From positions 25,779,175 to 25,843,174 of the forward strand of contig NC_092677.1 in NCBI RefSeq assembly GCF_964355755.1: a DNA stretch of 64,000 bases, written 5' to 3'. Below are positions 33,801 through 47,304 of the stretch, one piece after another (positions within the stretch are counted from its first letter, which is position 1; every line of letters starts with the position of its first letter). The stretch comes from Antedon mediterranea (lineage: Eukaryota > Animalia > Echinodermata). Made by a program: the position numbers and the translations under genes. The notes beneath the pieces were generated by a model. It was given only the letters and a program-made list of their open reading frames with translations, made no database searches and had not been told where the DNA came from.

Positions 33801-36800
33801 TTTTCTCAGATTTAGTGAAGAGATTTGAAGATCGTAACAGTTCATAGTGCACCTAACAAGATCATTTTAACTATTCAAAACTATATATTAAAAAAAAAAA
33901 AACTTTCTATTATTTAAAAGTCGAAGATAGCCAGGTCTCGGGTCCATTCTATTGTCGCCACAGATTGATATCTTCATCAGTACTTCTATGAATGGATGAT
34001 TAGGTGGGAACACGAACGCTAGTTGATCATACCCAGTACCGTTTTGATCGTACGATTAATTGGGAAACCACCTCACGAACAAATAATATAATTGACTGAA
34101 TTATACCTAAATAATTACCATATTTGATCACACGCAACAAATTTTTCAGATTCTGTTCAACTTACAGAGCACAAGAAACAACTGTATGTTCTGATACGAT
34201 TTTTCGAGATTTTCTGTATAAAAACTTACTTGGTGCTAGTCGGAAATCAAACGGAGCGCCACGGACTGACACGTTTCTCGTATAACCCTTAGCGACGAGT
34301 GCATCCACTAGTCCAACATAATACATTGCTGTTAATAAAAAGAAAAATTATTCATAATTTGTTTATTAAAATATACAAAATTTATCCATTGTTTTAACAA
34401 AATGATTGTTATTATTATTATTTCTTTAATAAGTTTATAAAGATACAGAATATTTAGTAAAGGCGTCTAGTTAGTTTTCTTTCTGTTCTTTTTTTTTCTT
34501 TGTCAAGATTTACTCAAATTGTATGTTTTTTTTTGTATAAATTTGTATTACTATAATGTATTGATATTTTTCTATGTTAATGTTTTGATGTTTCTGTATA
34601 CTTTTTATACTGTTTTTATGTAAATACAATACTTTCAGCTTCTGCTGCTTTTTGTAAATATGTTTTTTTTATACCGAAATAATAAATAAATGTAATTATT
34701 TACTGTGGTTTATCCTTCTGAATTCTTTTTCTCATTACAATTAAATTCTATTCCCGTTTTTTTTAACGAAAAAATGGAAAATGTATGGTAATGCTAATTT
34801 TGATAGAAAGAAATAATAATTGTCTTTTGTGTAGCGCCTAACCAAAATAAATTTTCTCTAAAGCGCTACGACAACAAGGCTCGAACTAGGTAGAAATTAC
34901 GTAATTTTATATGCTATGTGAAGAAGATGGGTTTTAGGCAACTGTTTGAAGATGTCAATAGATAAATAAATAATCATGTGTTGATAGTAGTAATTAAGTA
35001 TTATGTATGATACTATTTTGATTAGTGTGATGTGACACTTACTGAAGCTCTCATGACTAGGATCGAACCACTCAACTGTTGACGTATTTCCAAATCCTGG
35101 CACCGTGATTTTCACACCCTTTGGAGGTGAACTTGTCCTTGTTTTTATATCATATACAAGTCTATAAATAGGAAGGATTAGGAGAGATATAGATCGGTTA
35201 GTCACCAATAACCAATAAAAGAAGAGGGTACAATAAATATAATTAGCTTTAACAACAAGGTACATACTGTAGTGGCAATACAGTACAATAAAATGTTTAC
35301 ACAATGGAATGATGTACATTTCACTAGCTTACAGTACAACCATTTTCTGATATGAGCACATATTGATTTCGCCATGCAAATGTTCAAACAAAATATGTAT
35401 TCTTTCTTCCCAAAGTTTCATTTTGTATTACAGAAAACAAAACAGGTTTAAATTGGTGATCAAAACGTAAACAATTTCATTATCACTCATTACCACAAGA
35501 ATGGAAAGGATGAGTAAGTACAGTAATACCAGCATAAATATTGCTATTATCTATAATCCTTTATCTTGTTGTACAGGAAGCCAGGAAGTGTGGTACTATA
35601 CTGTACTATATGCTGAAGACCGTTGCACCATATGGTTAATATAATTGTATGGTATGTATACCTGCTAACTTTTTCAGTGGCCAATGCGCGAGACGTTAAA
35701 TTTAAATTATATAGCGCTCTCTATGTTATTTTAACTCAAATTAACCGCTCTCTATGTTTAATTTTTTGACATATTGAGTTGGCTTTCCTGTATACAATCA
35801 ATAATAATAACTTATTTCTCAGTCAAATAAAAACAAATTACAGTTAACATTTTCTAAAATAATAGATAATAAGTTAGAATTTAGGGGTATCCCACTGGAA
35901 GCTTAAGCTTTAAAATGTGGGGACCAGGCAACATATTTAAGTACAGTAGGGTAAGGTAAGAAACATGTAAAAAATGATAAAGAACAAAAAAGGCATTTAA
36001 CTTAACGAATGCAGTAGTACACTACTGCACATCAACCATGAAATACAAATAAACATAGGCCTAGGCTATTTAAGCTCAAATTAATTAAATAACGTGCAGT
36101 CCAAGTCCCAAGTTAATTTCAACATGTTTTTCTGAATATTTTTATGGATGCGTGAAAAATAGCTACATATGCGTGAGGCATAAAAAATACACACAAGAAT
36201 TGTGCATGAGAGTTGGTACAGTAGGTATAAAGGGCCTTTCACACCTGTTCCGGCACGGTTCCAGCGAATCGAATGCCAATGTTTCGTTTTCACGACGCTC
36301 CACACGGCTATGCACCAATCGATATGCCCATAGCCGCGTAAAAATGAAACACTGACTTTCGATTGGGTTTTCCGGCGCCGGACCGGAACCGTGCCGGAAC
36401 AGGTGTAAAATTAAGAATTTAGGTCTACAATATACATTATGCTTACCTTATATTTTCAACGAAACAGTTTATAAAAGGTGGGATAAACTCGCCTACATCT
36501 AACCAGATAAAGAATGAAGTGGTGTGCTCTCGGCAGTAAAAATGTGGCGCTTCACTTTTATTCAGTGTTGCTTTTAATTGGCTACCACCATCGCCTGGCA
36601 CTGCAAAAAAATAAACACATTCAAAATGTATTGTCGCGCAAAAATATAAAATAGGAAGATTAATAAAATCAGACTTTAAATAGGCCATTTTGTAGTTTTT
36701 CACTTCTGTAAAAAAAAAACCCAAAAATAATTATTTCACATAAATAGACAAAAGAAACCATTAATTGTAACCAAAAACCATTGTCTGACAGACAATTTTA

Positions 36801-39174
36801 AGTTTATTTCTTGCTGTAAATTGCATTTTTTTAAGGTAAATAATTTTTTATTTCAATCCATTTTTTGGTCAAAGTGAATAACTACTGTATTACGTGACAT
36901 TAAAATAGCATTTTCAACAAGAAACAAATGTAATAATAATATTTATTCGGCAAAAGTTATTAAAAGTATGTTTTACATTTAATCTTGCCAGGAGCAAGTA
37001 ATAGGCAGAAAACTGTTCTTACTCCATCATTATTTAATTAATACTGCTTATTTTGATCCTAGGTTGAGATCAAGTACTGTACATTTTCTGATACATGTTC
37101 TGAATAAAACCGTATAGTATTAGTAGCATGCCATAGAAAGCTAGGAACTATCAGTATCTATCTATCTATGATACAAGACCTACACTGATAAGATTGAACT
37201 CTAATACATACATGCATTTATTTATACAGTAACCCATTTTAAAGTTGTTTTGTTTGCTTTCAAGTCAATAAAATGGTGTATTGCAAACACTCTTATCAAC
37301 TTGGAGTGATCACACCAGTTCAGCTACAGAATACACATATATGTAATATACTGCATTGCAGAGAACATTTTCAGTAACAACATTGATTATAACATCTGAT
37401 AAATCAGAATTTTGATTAGAAAAACCATAGTTTTGTATTGTATTTTTAGCTACTGAGTATAACATTTGATAAAAAAAAAAGTAGGCCTGGTGTTTTAATG
37501 ACATACAATGTTATCAAGCACATGTTATTAGAATGCCATATGTTAAATGTAATTAATATTTAAACAAAATTAAAATCAGTTGAAATATACATCTCTCCTG
37601 AAGTGAATTGATTGTTTTGGCATTGTGGAGCAGTCTTCAATCACGGACCTATAAATTATAGGCCCGTGCTTCTTCAATCTAGTAAACCTTTAATTAAATT
37701 TTTATGCATAATAATCAAATAAATAAAATAAAACGTGATGTTGGATGGCATGTATTTGATATACACTTTATTTTATGTTTTGACAAAATATTGTATGTAT
37801 GTATGTCTGTTCTGTAAACTCCTGCCTGGTCTCTGTCCGTCTCTGTACTTACTGCCCTGCCACATCATCTTTTAGAACTACTTATTGATTTCGATCCAAG
37901 TCGGCCCTAAACCGTCTCGGCCAAAGTCAAGTCGGCCCCAAGTCAACTCAGCCAAAAAATAATCGGTCAACTCGGCCCCGTTAAAGTATGGAACGCAAAA
38001 ATTGCAAATGAAGGGGATTGATAAAATAATATTTCTTCACAATTTTTTAACTATGAATAATTCTGACTTTTAATGAATATTAATATTTAGACAATAATAT
38101 ATTTTTAGCAAAAAAATAGGAATGATTTCACTAACTTTCCTTTATTTACGTTTAATAAAATTTCAAATTGCACAATTGAAAACAATTCGTAGCTGCGTCT
38201 CACTGCGCCTTTGGCAGCTTTTTCGATATCTACAACTGCTACGTGTTTTCGCTGACCGTGGGATTCCCCTTTTTTTTTAAACGCAAATCATGGACAAAAA
38301 CGATAGGTACGATCATTTTTTCTATGGCAAAATGGTGGAACGTAGGCCTCCGTCTTCGATTTACTAAAATGCGGTACCTGTACGTGTTTTTGTATCACGC
38401 GTGTACTTATATTCATATCGGCAATGAGTTCATTTTTTTATATATTATTTAATTATATAATATTTTTTATTTCTTCATTTTTTTTAAAGCGTGGATAGTA
38501 AGAATCATAATAATATTAAGCACTTTTTGCGTTCCATACTTTATTCTGGCCGAGTTGACCGATTCGTTTTTGGCCGAGTTGACGTGAGAGGCCGAGTTGA
38601 CGTGAGAGGCCGAGTTGACTTGGGGACGACTTGACGTGGGGTCGACTTGACTTTGGCCGAGACGGTTTGGGGCCGACTTGACCTGCACCCGTATTAATTA
38701 GTACTAGGCCTACTACTAGTTAAGTAGGCCTATTAATTATTCACATTAAGCCTAGGCCTAGCTAGGCTAGGCCTACTAGTCATCATACAACAGTCACCGA
38801 GTCAGTCAGTACATAATAAGAAAGAAAGTAAGACAACTAAATATTTCACGGATCCTATTTCACAACAGAATAGTTAAGACAAGTAATTAGACACCAACAG
38901 TGTTTAATTAACATATTCTCGAAAGCCTCAGCTAGTCTATGCCCACTATCATTACCCAACCAAAAGCGCGCCTGCTGCTGCCCAATTGATAGTATGTCCA
39001 CGTCCACAACAAGAAGAGCGAGGCCTAACAAAAACAACAAAGCAAACTCGACTTACGTAAAATAACTGGGTATTTTTTAAACTGCTTGACCGAACCTCCT
39101 GTTGTTAAAAGTATACTGAAAATAATAAAGCAAAAAACGGTGAATAATAAATCGATTTTCTTTCGAAAATACAT
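30889..39174 (-). CDS. PLA2G15: Group XV (lysosomal) phospholipase A2 / LCAT-family acyltransferase
   Basis: Exons 39174-39057 (signal peptide, then YPVIL), 36600-36447 (PGDGGSQL), 35161-35043 (VPGFGNT), 34328-34230 (VRGAPFDFRLAP), 33489-33262 (catalytic Ser, VSHSLG), 32462-32217, 31822-31675 (catalytic Asp, GDGDGTVN), 31021-30889 (catalytic His, GGEHLEIL, then TDDKL*). All in frame with GT-AG boundaries. Confidence 0.9.
32651..32729 (+). other. tRNA-like sequence (pseudo-tRNA or SINE head) followed by T5
   Basis: gtcccag/ttggggc acceptor stem, A box tagtctaatgg, anticodon stem tctgc/gcaga with non-canonical loop atatcca, B box ggttcgaatc, imperfect T stem, then ttttt. Its 3' flank recurs at about 11203-11288. 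Confidence 0.55.
33114..33183. repeat. Perfect 70-bp palindrome (no spacer)
   Basis: aaagtaaaaattcaaaatgaagtttatacaactat|atagttgtataaacttcattttgaatttttacttt, checked base by base. Confidence 0.95.
37892..38691. mobile_element. Mutator-like non-autonomous element with repetitive long TIRs
   Basis: Inverted ends caagtcggccc..aaaccgtctcggccaaagtcaagtcg / cgacttgactttggccgagacggtttggggccgacttg, with subterminal ggccgagttgac repeats. Imperfect 9-bp flanks tattgattt / tattaatta. Confidence 0.6.
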
Positions 39175-42100
39175 TTCTAACGAAATCGTCAGGGCTAGGC
39201 TTGCGCTTGTGTACTTTTTGTTACTACGTTTTTTGTCGTATGATGTTTGTTTGTCGCCCCCTCGCCCCTCTCATTCATTGGGGTTTAAACACAACACGTG
39301 TGTAAATAGTCCAATCTCGTGACCATCGATCACGCGAAAACTAAATAAATATAAACATGACTGGACACTCTCACGTTTAAGATGCTTTTGTTTCAATAAT
39401 AGAAATCATTTCATTTTTCAAAATAGCTTTTCAACTATTCGAAATATTGAAAAAGCAGCTTAAATCTTAATGTTTCATTTTAATAACATGTGACCAACAC
39501 ACCTCTTACACGCCCCAATCTTAATAATACTCTGCCGTAATTTGTGGCTGAATTCGACTTTTAATACACTGGAAAAAATAAGTTGTTAATACTTCCAATT
39601 TTTATTGAAAAGCGAAAAATAACGAAGTGATTAGTGGTGTTCCGTCATCAGAATGCAATTGATTGGTCAAATGAAATTGGCTCACATTTACAAACCCCAT
39701 TTAAAAATTCTCCACTTTTTGGATAGTTTGTGTTTAGTTTGTGATTTCATACCTCCATCATGGTTAATTTATGTATTACACTGTTGAAAGATAATTGAAT
39801 ATATATTAACACACACTCTTCTGAGTACAGTATTGGGAGGACGAATTATATCTTGGGAAATATTTAAATTTTAGCTCTTTTTTTAACTGAAATAGCAACA
39901 AAAAGTTGACAAATGCATGTATGTGCCTCGTACAGAAGATTAAATCAACGGTTTTTTTTAAAGCATGTATAAAACTACTGGTCACAGCGAGATTGACGTC
40001 TGCTCATACCATTTTTAGTAAACCAGCATTAGAGAGTTATCAAGAAATAACTGGGGTTACGACCGTAAAAGCCTTGTACCTTTTATCCATGGGTGCAAAC
40101 ACCGCGCCATATTACCAAAATAAATAAAAGTGACACAAAGCGATAGATTGTTTAATCCTAATCCTATATTATTAATTTAATGAGCAACATGGCGTATATT
40201 AACTACATTAACATACAAGACTCTAGCATACTTTACAATCAGCTTTAGAAAGAAACTCAAGAGAAAATAACTTTTAAAAAATATTAAAAAGAAAATTTAT
40301 AATACAAAAGGAGTGGATTATTAATTTTAGAAGGATAATCTTAATTTAGCCTTCTCATAAAAAAAAAAATTCTGGTCATTAGAATTTTTTTTAACAGTTG
40401 CCACAATAAAGATACAGTACCAGCAACAGAGTGTAACAAACTACATTATGCTTACAAACCAATTGTGCATTATTGCAGAAGCTATCACAACAATTTAGTT
40501 TCGGCGAGCATGTGTGTTACGCTCCGTTGCTTTCTCTGAAGCCACTCAGCAACCAAAAAAGTCACTACAGTAATCCATAACACATAATTTTTTATATAAA
40601 CATATAGAAATAAGTTTACTTGTATCTTAGTATATCATTGGTTATTACAATATTATGCACGGTCTATCTTTGTTTTAAAATTGAAACGTTGGGTAAAAGT
40701 TTCAATGTAACCTACGTAACCTTTACCTTCACTGTAAACGAAAATTTGTTTCAAATATCTTTCTATTGATGTGTAATCGGACACGCATCAAAAAAAAATT
40801 GTACTAATTGTATAGTAACATTTTTAATTCTTTTCGCTCCAAAATATAAGAAATCGGCTTTGCATAAACAATATATAAATAACGATGACAGGCCTATAAT
40901 AAATTATTATTTATTTATACAATAATTTAAACTATGAATATTAATTAACTTAAAATGTTAATTAATAAGTTGGAAGATGGTCATATCATCACTAGTAGCT
41001 TGCGCAAGGGGGGGGGGGGGAGGGAGGTTGCAAAACCTTAAAATCTTGATGACAATAAGTTTATTTCAATAAATTGCCTGGGAAATTCTCTATCGCGCCT
41101 GTAAATAAAAAAAAAATGCTATACATGCTATGTTTCTTACAAGCAGCTTACTTTTTTTTACCTAAAAAAATATGACACTACTGCTTTTAATAAATGGCAA
41201 AAAATGTATGGGAAGCCAAGACGTTATGTTTGATCAGTATCTGCACCGTTATGGGCAACTTACACCCACCCTCAACACACTGTATACTTATATGTATCAA
41301 ATATGTATTTTTATAAAAAGACACACACGCATATATTCCTCTCATACACACTAACACACACTATATACACATTAAACTACAGTAATGATATTGTTTTAAG
41401 TTATTAATAATTAAATATGTTTTTGCATCATGCTTGCAACGCCATATTTATAATGAGAACTTGACCTTTGACCTGTGTGTACATGTGCCACAACTAAAAC
41501 AAATTCAATAATTATACCACTTATGTTATTCAAATAATCAATAAATAAATTAAGCGTTATAGAAATTTGAAATTAGAAATGGCAACTTTAAATAGATTTA
41601 TTATTAAATAATACCGTTACAGTTTTAAAATGGTGTTCTATCTGGAACTACATTTGAGCTAAGAAAAAAAAAAGTTTCATTTATAGGCCTATGACATAAT
41701 GGCAGTACATAAAACACATAAATATAAAATTCAAATTATACGATTAGATTATATTATTATAACAGAAATGCATTTTAATACATAACAATTATACAGTTAC
41801 TACATTACAAAAAATGATTATATAAGGTTGAAAAAACTAAGTTATATAACAATCATACAAAAATAAGGACTAAGTATTTTAATATATTTGGCTCTAAAAT
41901 AATAAAGAGCAAGAAACCGGGGATTATATTTTACATGCTTTATTAAGCTTGGTTCACACTAGGACGCAACGCAAGGACGTAGATGCAACGCAAACGAGTT
42001 GACCAATGATAAGTCGAATAAATCCATCGCTTGTGATTGGTCAAATTCCTTACGTTGCGTTTTATCATTGTGTTGCGTCTCTAGTGAGAACCAATCATTA

Positions 42101-44105
42101 AACGATTTTCACAAAAGCAAATTTAATTATTTATAATAAAGACATTGTAAAAAAGACATCTTTATTAACTTTGAGAATCTTACACCCCTTTCACATTGTC
42201 TACAACATTCCGGAGTGCACACTATACAAACGCCAGTCCTCACCCGGTGTGTGTAAAGCTCTGTTTACACTATCAAACTAGTTTGACAAAAAAAAAAGAT
42301 GTGCCCAAATATGATAGTGATAGGACATCGTCGTGTCCATATATGGGCACATCACATTTTTTTGTCACAAGATTGATAGTGTAGACAGCGCTTAAGGGGA
42401 TGTGAAAGGCATATACTTGCCATGGATTATAATCTAAACACATATTCCAATATAATATTGTGGTGGGGGGGGGGGGGGGGGTTAGAAAAAATGACCACAA
42501 AAATAATAATAATAAGATGTTTGTAATATTGTATTCCCATAACCTGTGCAATATGATTTCCTCATTATTAATATGTATTACATTTTTTTTTTTATCTTAT
42601 ATATAAAAACAAGCTTACCAATAATATGGGTATAATAATAAAACTTTATAATTACAATACAAGTAGGTTCAAGATCCAAACACTTCCTACAATGTTTTCA
42701 ACATAAATCTCTGTTTACACTATCAAGCTGGTTTGACAAAAAAAAGTGTGGTATGCCCAAATATGGTAGTGATATGACATCATCATGTCCATATATGGGC
42801 ACATCACTTTTTTTTGTCATAAGTTTGATATAAGTGAGCTTAAGTCATTTCAAAATTTGTTTTATTGTATACACTATCATCATTATTGTTTGTGGACATT
42901 AAATTTAAACATTAATAATTAAATAATTAATTAATAAACACTGTATTCACTTCACTAGCAAAGTAGAAGAAAAGTTTTACCAAAATAAAAACATAACATT
43001 TGCTAAATTTCTTTTCTATAAAATATCGTAAAGTGCTCAAAAAATTGTTGAAGAATTTTGATGTTTACTACCTTGGAAAAAGAGGGTGCATCTAAATATA
43101 CCCATATTTAAAATTCATATGAAAAAATTATGGGATGGGCTTATTACCAATACAGCATTTTGTCTGAGAAGTAAAATATTAACATAATGGGTGAAATACA
43201 AGATGAATATCAACGGATACATTTGATAAAGTAATCAGTAAAGGTCAGAAACAATTGTTATAAAATATATGGTCTACAATAGTCTACTCAAAAACCATAC
43301 ACAAAATGACAAAATATTTGGATGTATACAAATACATTAAGTGGTAGAAATATATTCAGACATTTCATCCCGTATATATAACTTCTTTAATTCACAATAC
43401 CAAGTATTATATTAAAACCTCTATTAAGGGAACATTTTCCTCATGTGAAACAAACATGGGGAAATATATGTATTAACACTACATAAACCCATATTAGGGG
43501 GAAATCCCGTATTATGGGGAAATCCCGTATTCGGGGGAAGTCCCTACTCAGGGAAGTCCCTATTCAGGGGAAATCCCTATGTCTGAGGAATCCCTTAGAG
43601 AATTCCCTTCTTATGTTGGGTCCTGAAGGTGACCCCTTAATAGGAGTTCTACTGTATGATAAACCAACAAAGCAATATGATCATCTGTGCATGCTCACAA
43701 ACAAGTCCATGTTGTGATACCTTGATAGACTGCACCAAATTCTGAAATGGGGGTTGTCGAGGTAGCGACGACAAGCCATCACAATACAGATTAGTTTGTA
43801 AGCTTGCGTAGACATTGTTTACGTCTGGTTGCTTCGTTTCTTTGCGTAGTGTTGTGTAAAGTTTCTATTGCTAGCCTCTACAGCGTGAGTGATAGCACAA
43901 TCGTAAGTGATGTGCGTATCTGTCTAACGACCAGATATACTCATCTTCCCGCTCAGAATCTGTGGCCCCTCACTGAGGTCGCAATGGCATCTTCTTTTCA
44001 TCCTCTAAACATACAGGATTTGACTCAATATTATATACAATGTTGGAGAAAGGTACACAGTTCCATATTTGAAGGGAAATTCATTTTGCAAGAGCTGAGG
44101 ATGGC

Positions 44106-47100
44106 TTAAAATAAAGTCTTCTTTTTGTCCTTAGATTTCTTATCGCCCATACTCCTGTTTAAAATAAAGACAGTTATAGTTTACTTATAATATTTTATAT
44201 CTTTAATTCTGTACATATTTCTTAATTATTTAAATGGCTTTGTTTTATTTTCTATTATTGTATAATGATGATAATGACAGTCCTTTAGTGTGGTTCACAC
44301 TTGGATCCAAGCGCAACGCAAGAAAGTAAATGCTACGCAAGTAGGATGACCAATCACAATGCGATGGACCACCCAAACCGTCGAATTACTTGTGGAAACC
44401 AAGCAGTAAAGCTCGGTCTACAATATCAAACTAGTTTGACAAAAAAGTGTGATGTGCCCCAATATGGTAATATGTCAAAATGTGTTAGTATTATGCCAAA
44501 ATATGGTAGTGATATGACATCTTCGTGCCCATATATGGGCACATAATATTTTGTTGTCACATAAAGTTTGATAGTGTAGACAGAGCTTAATGTGGTGATG
44601 AGAAAGATTTGTTTTAGTGGTTATGGGGAAAATTATGAAGATAATGATGACATGACAATGATGATGAATCATATTAATATATTTAAAATGCATTACTTAT
44701 TGTTAAGCATCCTCGATCCCGACAGACGGACTGACTCATCAAATACAGCTTTGTCTTTCTCAAACTGTTTTCTCTTTTCTTCTAATTCTCGTTGCTGTTG
44801 CTCTAAACTCTTCCTCATTTGTTCATCTCGTCGTCTCAACTAAAAATTAAAAGTTAATTAAAAATTAGCTATCATCATTTGATTTATTTTATTAAATTAT
44901 TAAATAGTTTATCCATCCTGTAATTGGTGAGTTGCTCGTTGTTGAATGCGCATGGAAAAAAAAAATGATGTTTTCTCAATAGCCGGGCAAGTTCACTGCA
45001 GACTACACATTTTGGGCAAGCGCTCAGATAGAATACAGACATCATCATTTGATTTGTTTTATCACTGGCCCACCGGGCAAGTTCACCCATTTTGGGCAAG
45101 CTCTCAGATAGAATACACTGACATCACTATTTGATTTAGATATGTTTATCACTAGCCCACCGGGCAAGTTCACATATTTTGGGCAAGCCCCCAGATAGAA
45201 TACACTGACATCACTATTTGATTTAGATATGTTTATCACTAGCCCACCGGGCAAGTTCACCCATTTTGGGCAAGCCCTCAGATAGAATACACTGACATCA
45301 CTATTTGATTTAGATGTGTTTATCACTAGCCCACCGGGCAAGTTCACCCATTTTGGGCAAGCCCTCAGAAAATACACTGACATCACTATTTGATTTAGAT
45401 ATGTTTATCACTAGCCCACCGGGCAAGTTCACCTATTTTGGGCAAGCCCTCAGAAAATACACTGACATCACTATTTGATTTAGATGTGTTTATCACTAGC
45501 CCACCGGGCAAGTTCACCTATTTTGGACAAGCCCTCAGAAAATACACTGACATCACTATTTGATTTAGATGTGTTTATCACTAGCCCACCGGGCAAGTTC
45601 ACCCATTTTGGGCAAGCCCTCAGAAAATACACTGACATCACTATTTGATTTAGATGTGTTTATCACCAGCCCACCGGGCAAGTTCACCCATTTTGGGCAA
45701 GCCCTCAGAAAATACACTGACATCACTATTTGATTTAGATGTTTATCACTAGCCCACCGGGCAAGTTCACCCATTTTGGGCAAGCCTCAGATAGAATACA
45801 CTTACATCTGCTTCTGAATCTTTTAATTTCTTTTTCTTTTCCATTACTTTCATCTCAAATACTTGTTCCATCTCTGCTTCCATTTTCTTCATCTTCAAAT
45901 CGTGTTCTTTCTTTTCATCCTGGAACTGTGATAAGGGATTCTTGCCTGATACCCTGAAATTAAACAGACGTTTATAAATTAAATTTTTATTTAAAAAACA
46001 TCTGTTTCCACCGTAAAATCCCTTTTTCCTCCGAGCACTATGAGCACCTATGAACTATACTTTGTATAAAAACTTTATACAAAATCATTTATCAAATACA
46101 AATTACAGATGAAAAAAACTATGTATTAAAAATATAGCATTTGACTCTTACTTTGATGACACTTTGCGGCCTTCACCTGCGGTGATAGCGGTGAGCTTGC
46201 GACACCTGTAGTTTTCGTAATGAACGTTATTCGTCACGTCCTTCAGATCTTGCATGTGTGTTCTGATGAGCATATTTCGAAGTGTAATGAAGTCACAGTG
46301 TTCTAAATTTTCAACTGAAAATGATAAAAAAAATATTACAAATTAAGTTTTTGACATGCAAGTAATAAATGTCTTGTAAAAAAAAAACGTCTAAATATTA
46401 AATGATTACACAGAGCTTAAATGTAAAATTTAAAGGTAGTGTTCACATTTTTCTTGCATTATATTTGAGCAGCTTGGGTACATCGATGTTTGCCTGTTAA
46501 TATCATGGGTTCAAATCTTGTATATTAAGCTCTGTGTAAACTATCAAACTAGTTTGACAAAATAAAAAAGTGTGATGTGCCCAAATATGGTAGTGATATG
46601 CTTAAATATGGTAGTGATATGACATCATCATGTCCATATATGGGCACATCATACTTTTTTTCATAGTTTAGACAGTTCACTGTGTAGAACATCTTGTTGA
46701 TTTTGTTTTGTTTTTTAATTTGAAATTGGCATAGTAAATATATTATGAAACAAATTCTATATTGGGATATTAACTATAACCATTACACCGATTGTATTAG
46801 GCGCCTTGGTAAATTATTTTAAACGAAAAGAACGCGTTCAGACACATTTGCTATTGTATTACGACATTATTATTACGACATTATGTCGTAGAGGTGCGTA
46901 ACTACCATCTATAATTTTCATACCTTCTGCTACTCCCCATGGATATTGTCTTCCTCGTACCCGTTTACCGTTGACCTCCAAAACTGAGTTACTACCAACA
47001 ACAGCAAATGGTACCCTGTCCTAAAAATAAAAAAATAAATGCATCTAATATGATGTTAATTTATTAAAATTTCTCTCTAAAAAAAGAGACTCCAAAAACC

Positions 47101-47273
47101 AGAAACACTAGTATGGAACAGCTTACCAGCAACAGTTAAATGCTCAACTAGTCTAAACAGTTTCAAGACCAACCTAAAGACGTCGCTATTCGCTGATGTT
47201 CTCGCACGTTGTTAATGCACAAAGCGCCATGAGCGCCACATGGGTGGAGGATACCGGCGCTATATAAGTTTTC

Positions 47274-47304
<31 letters not shown>

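Noticed and set aside
43804-44109. 101-aa ORF on the + strand
   Set aside because: It is antisense to the septin-7 3' UTR, starts at a non-ATG codon and has no recognisable similarity.
44884-45783. Repeat ORFs and a CRISPR-like appearance
   Set aside because: Near-identical tandem units without unique spacers, in a eukaryotic intron, with no cas genes.
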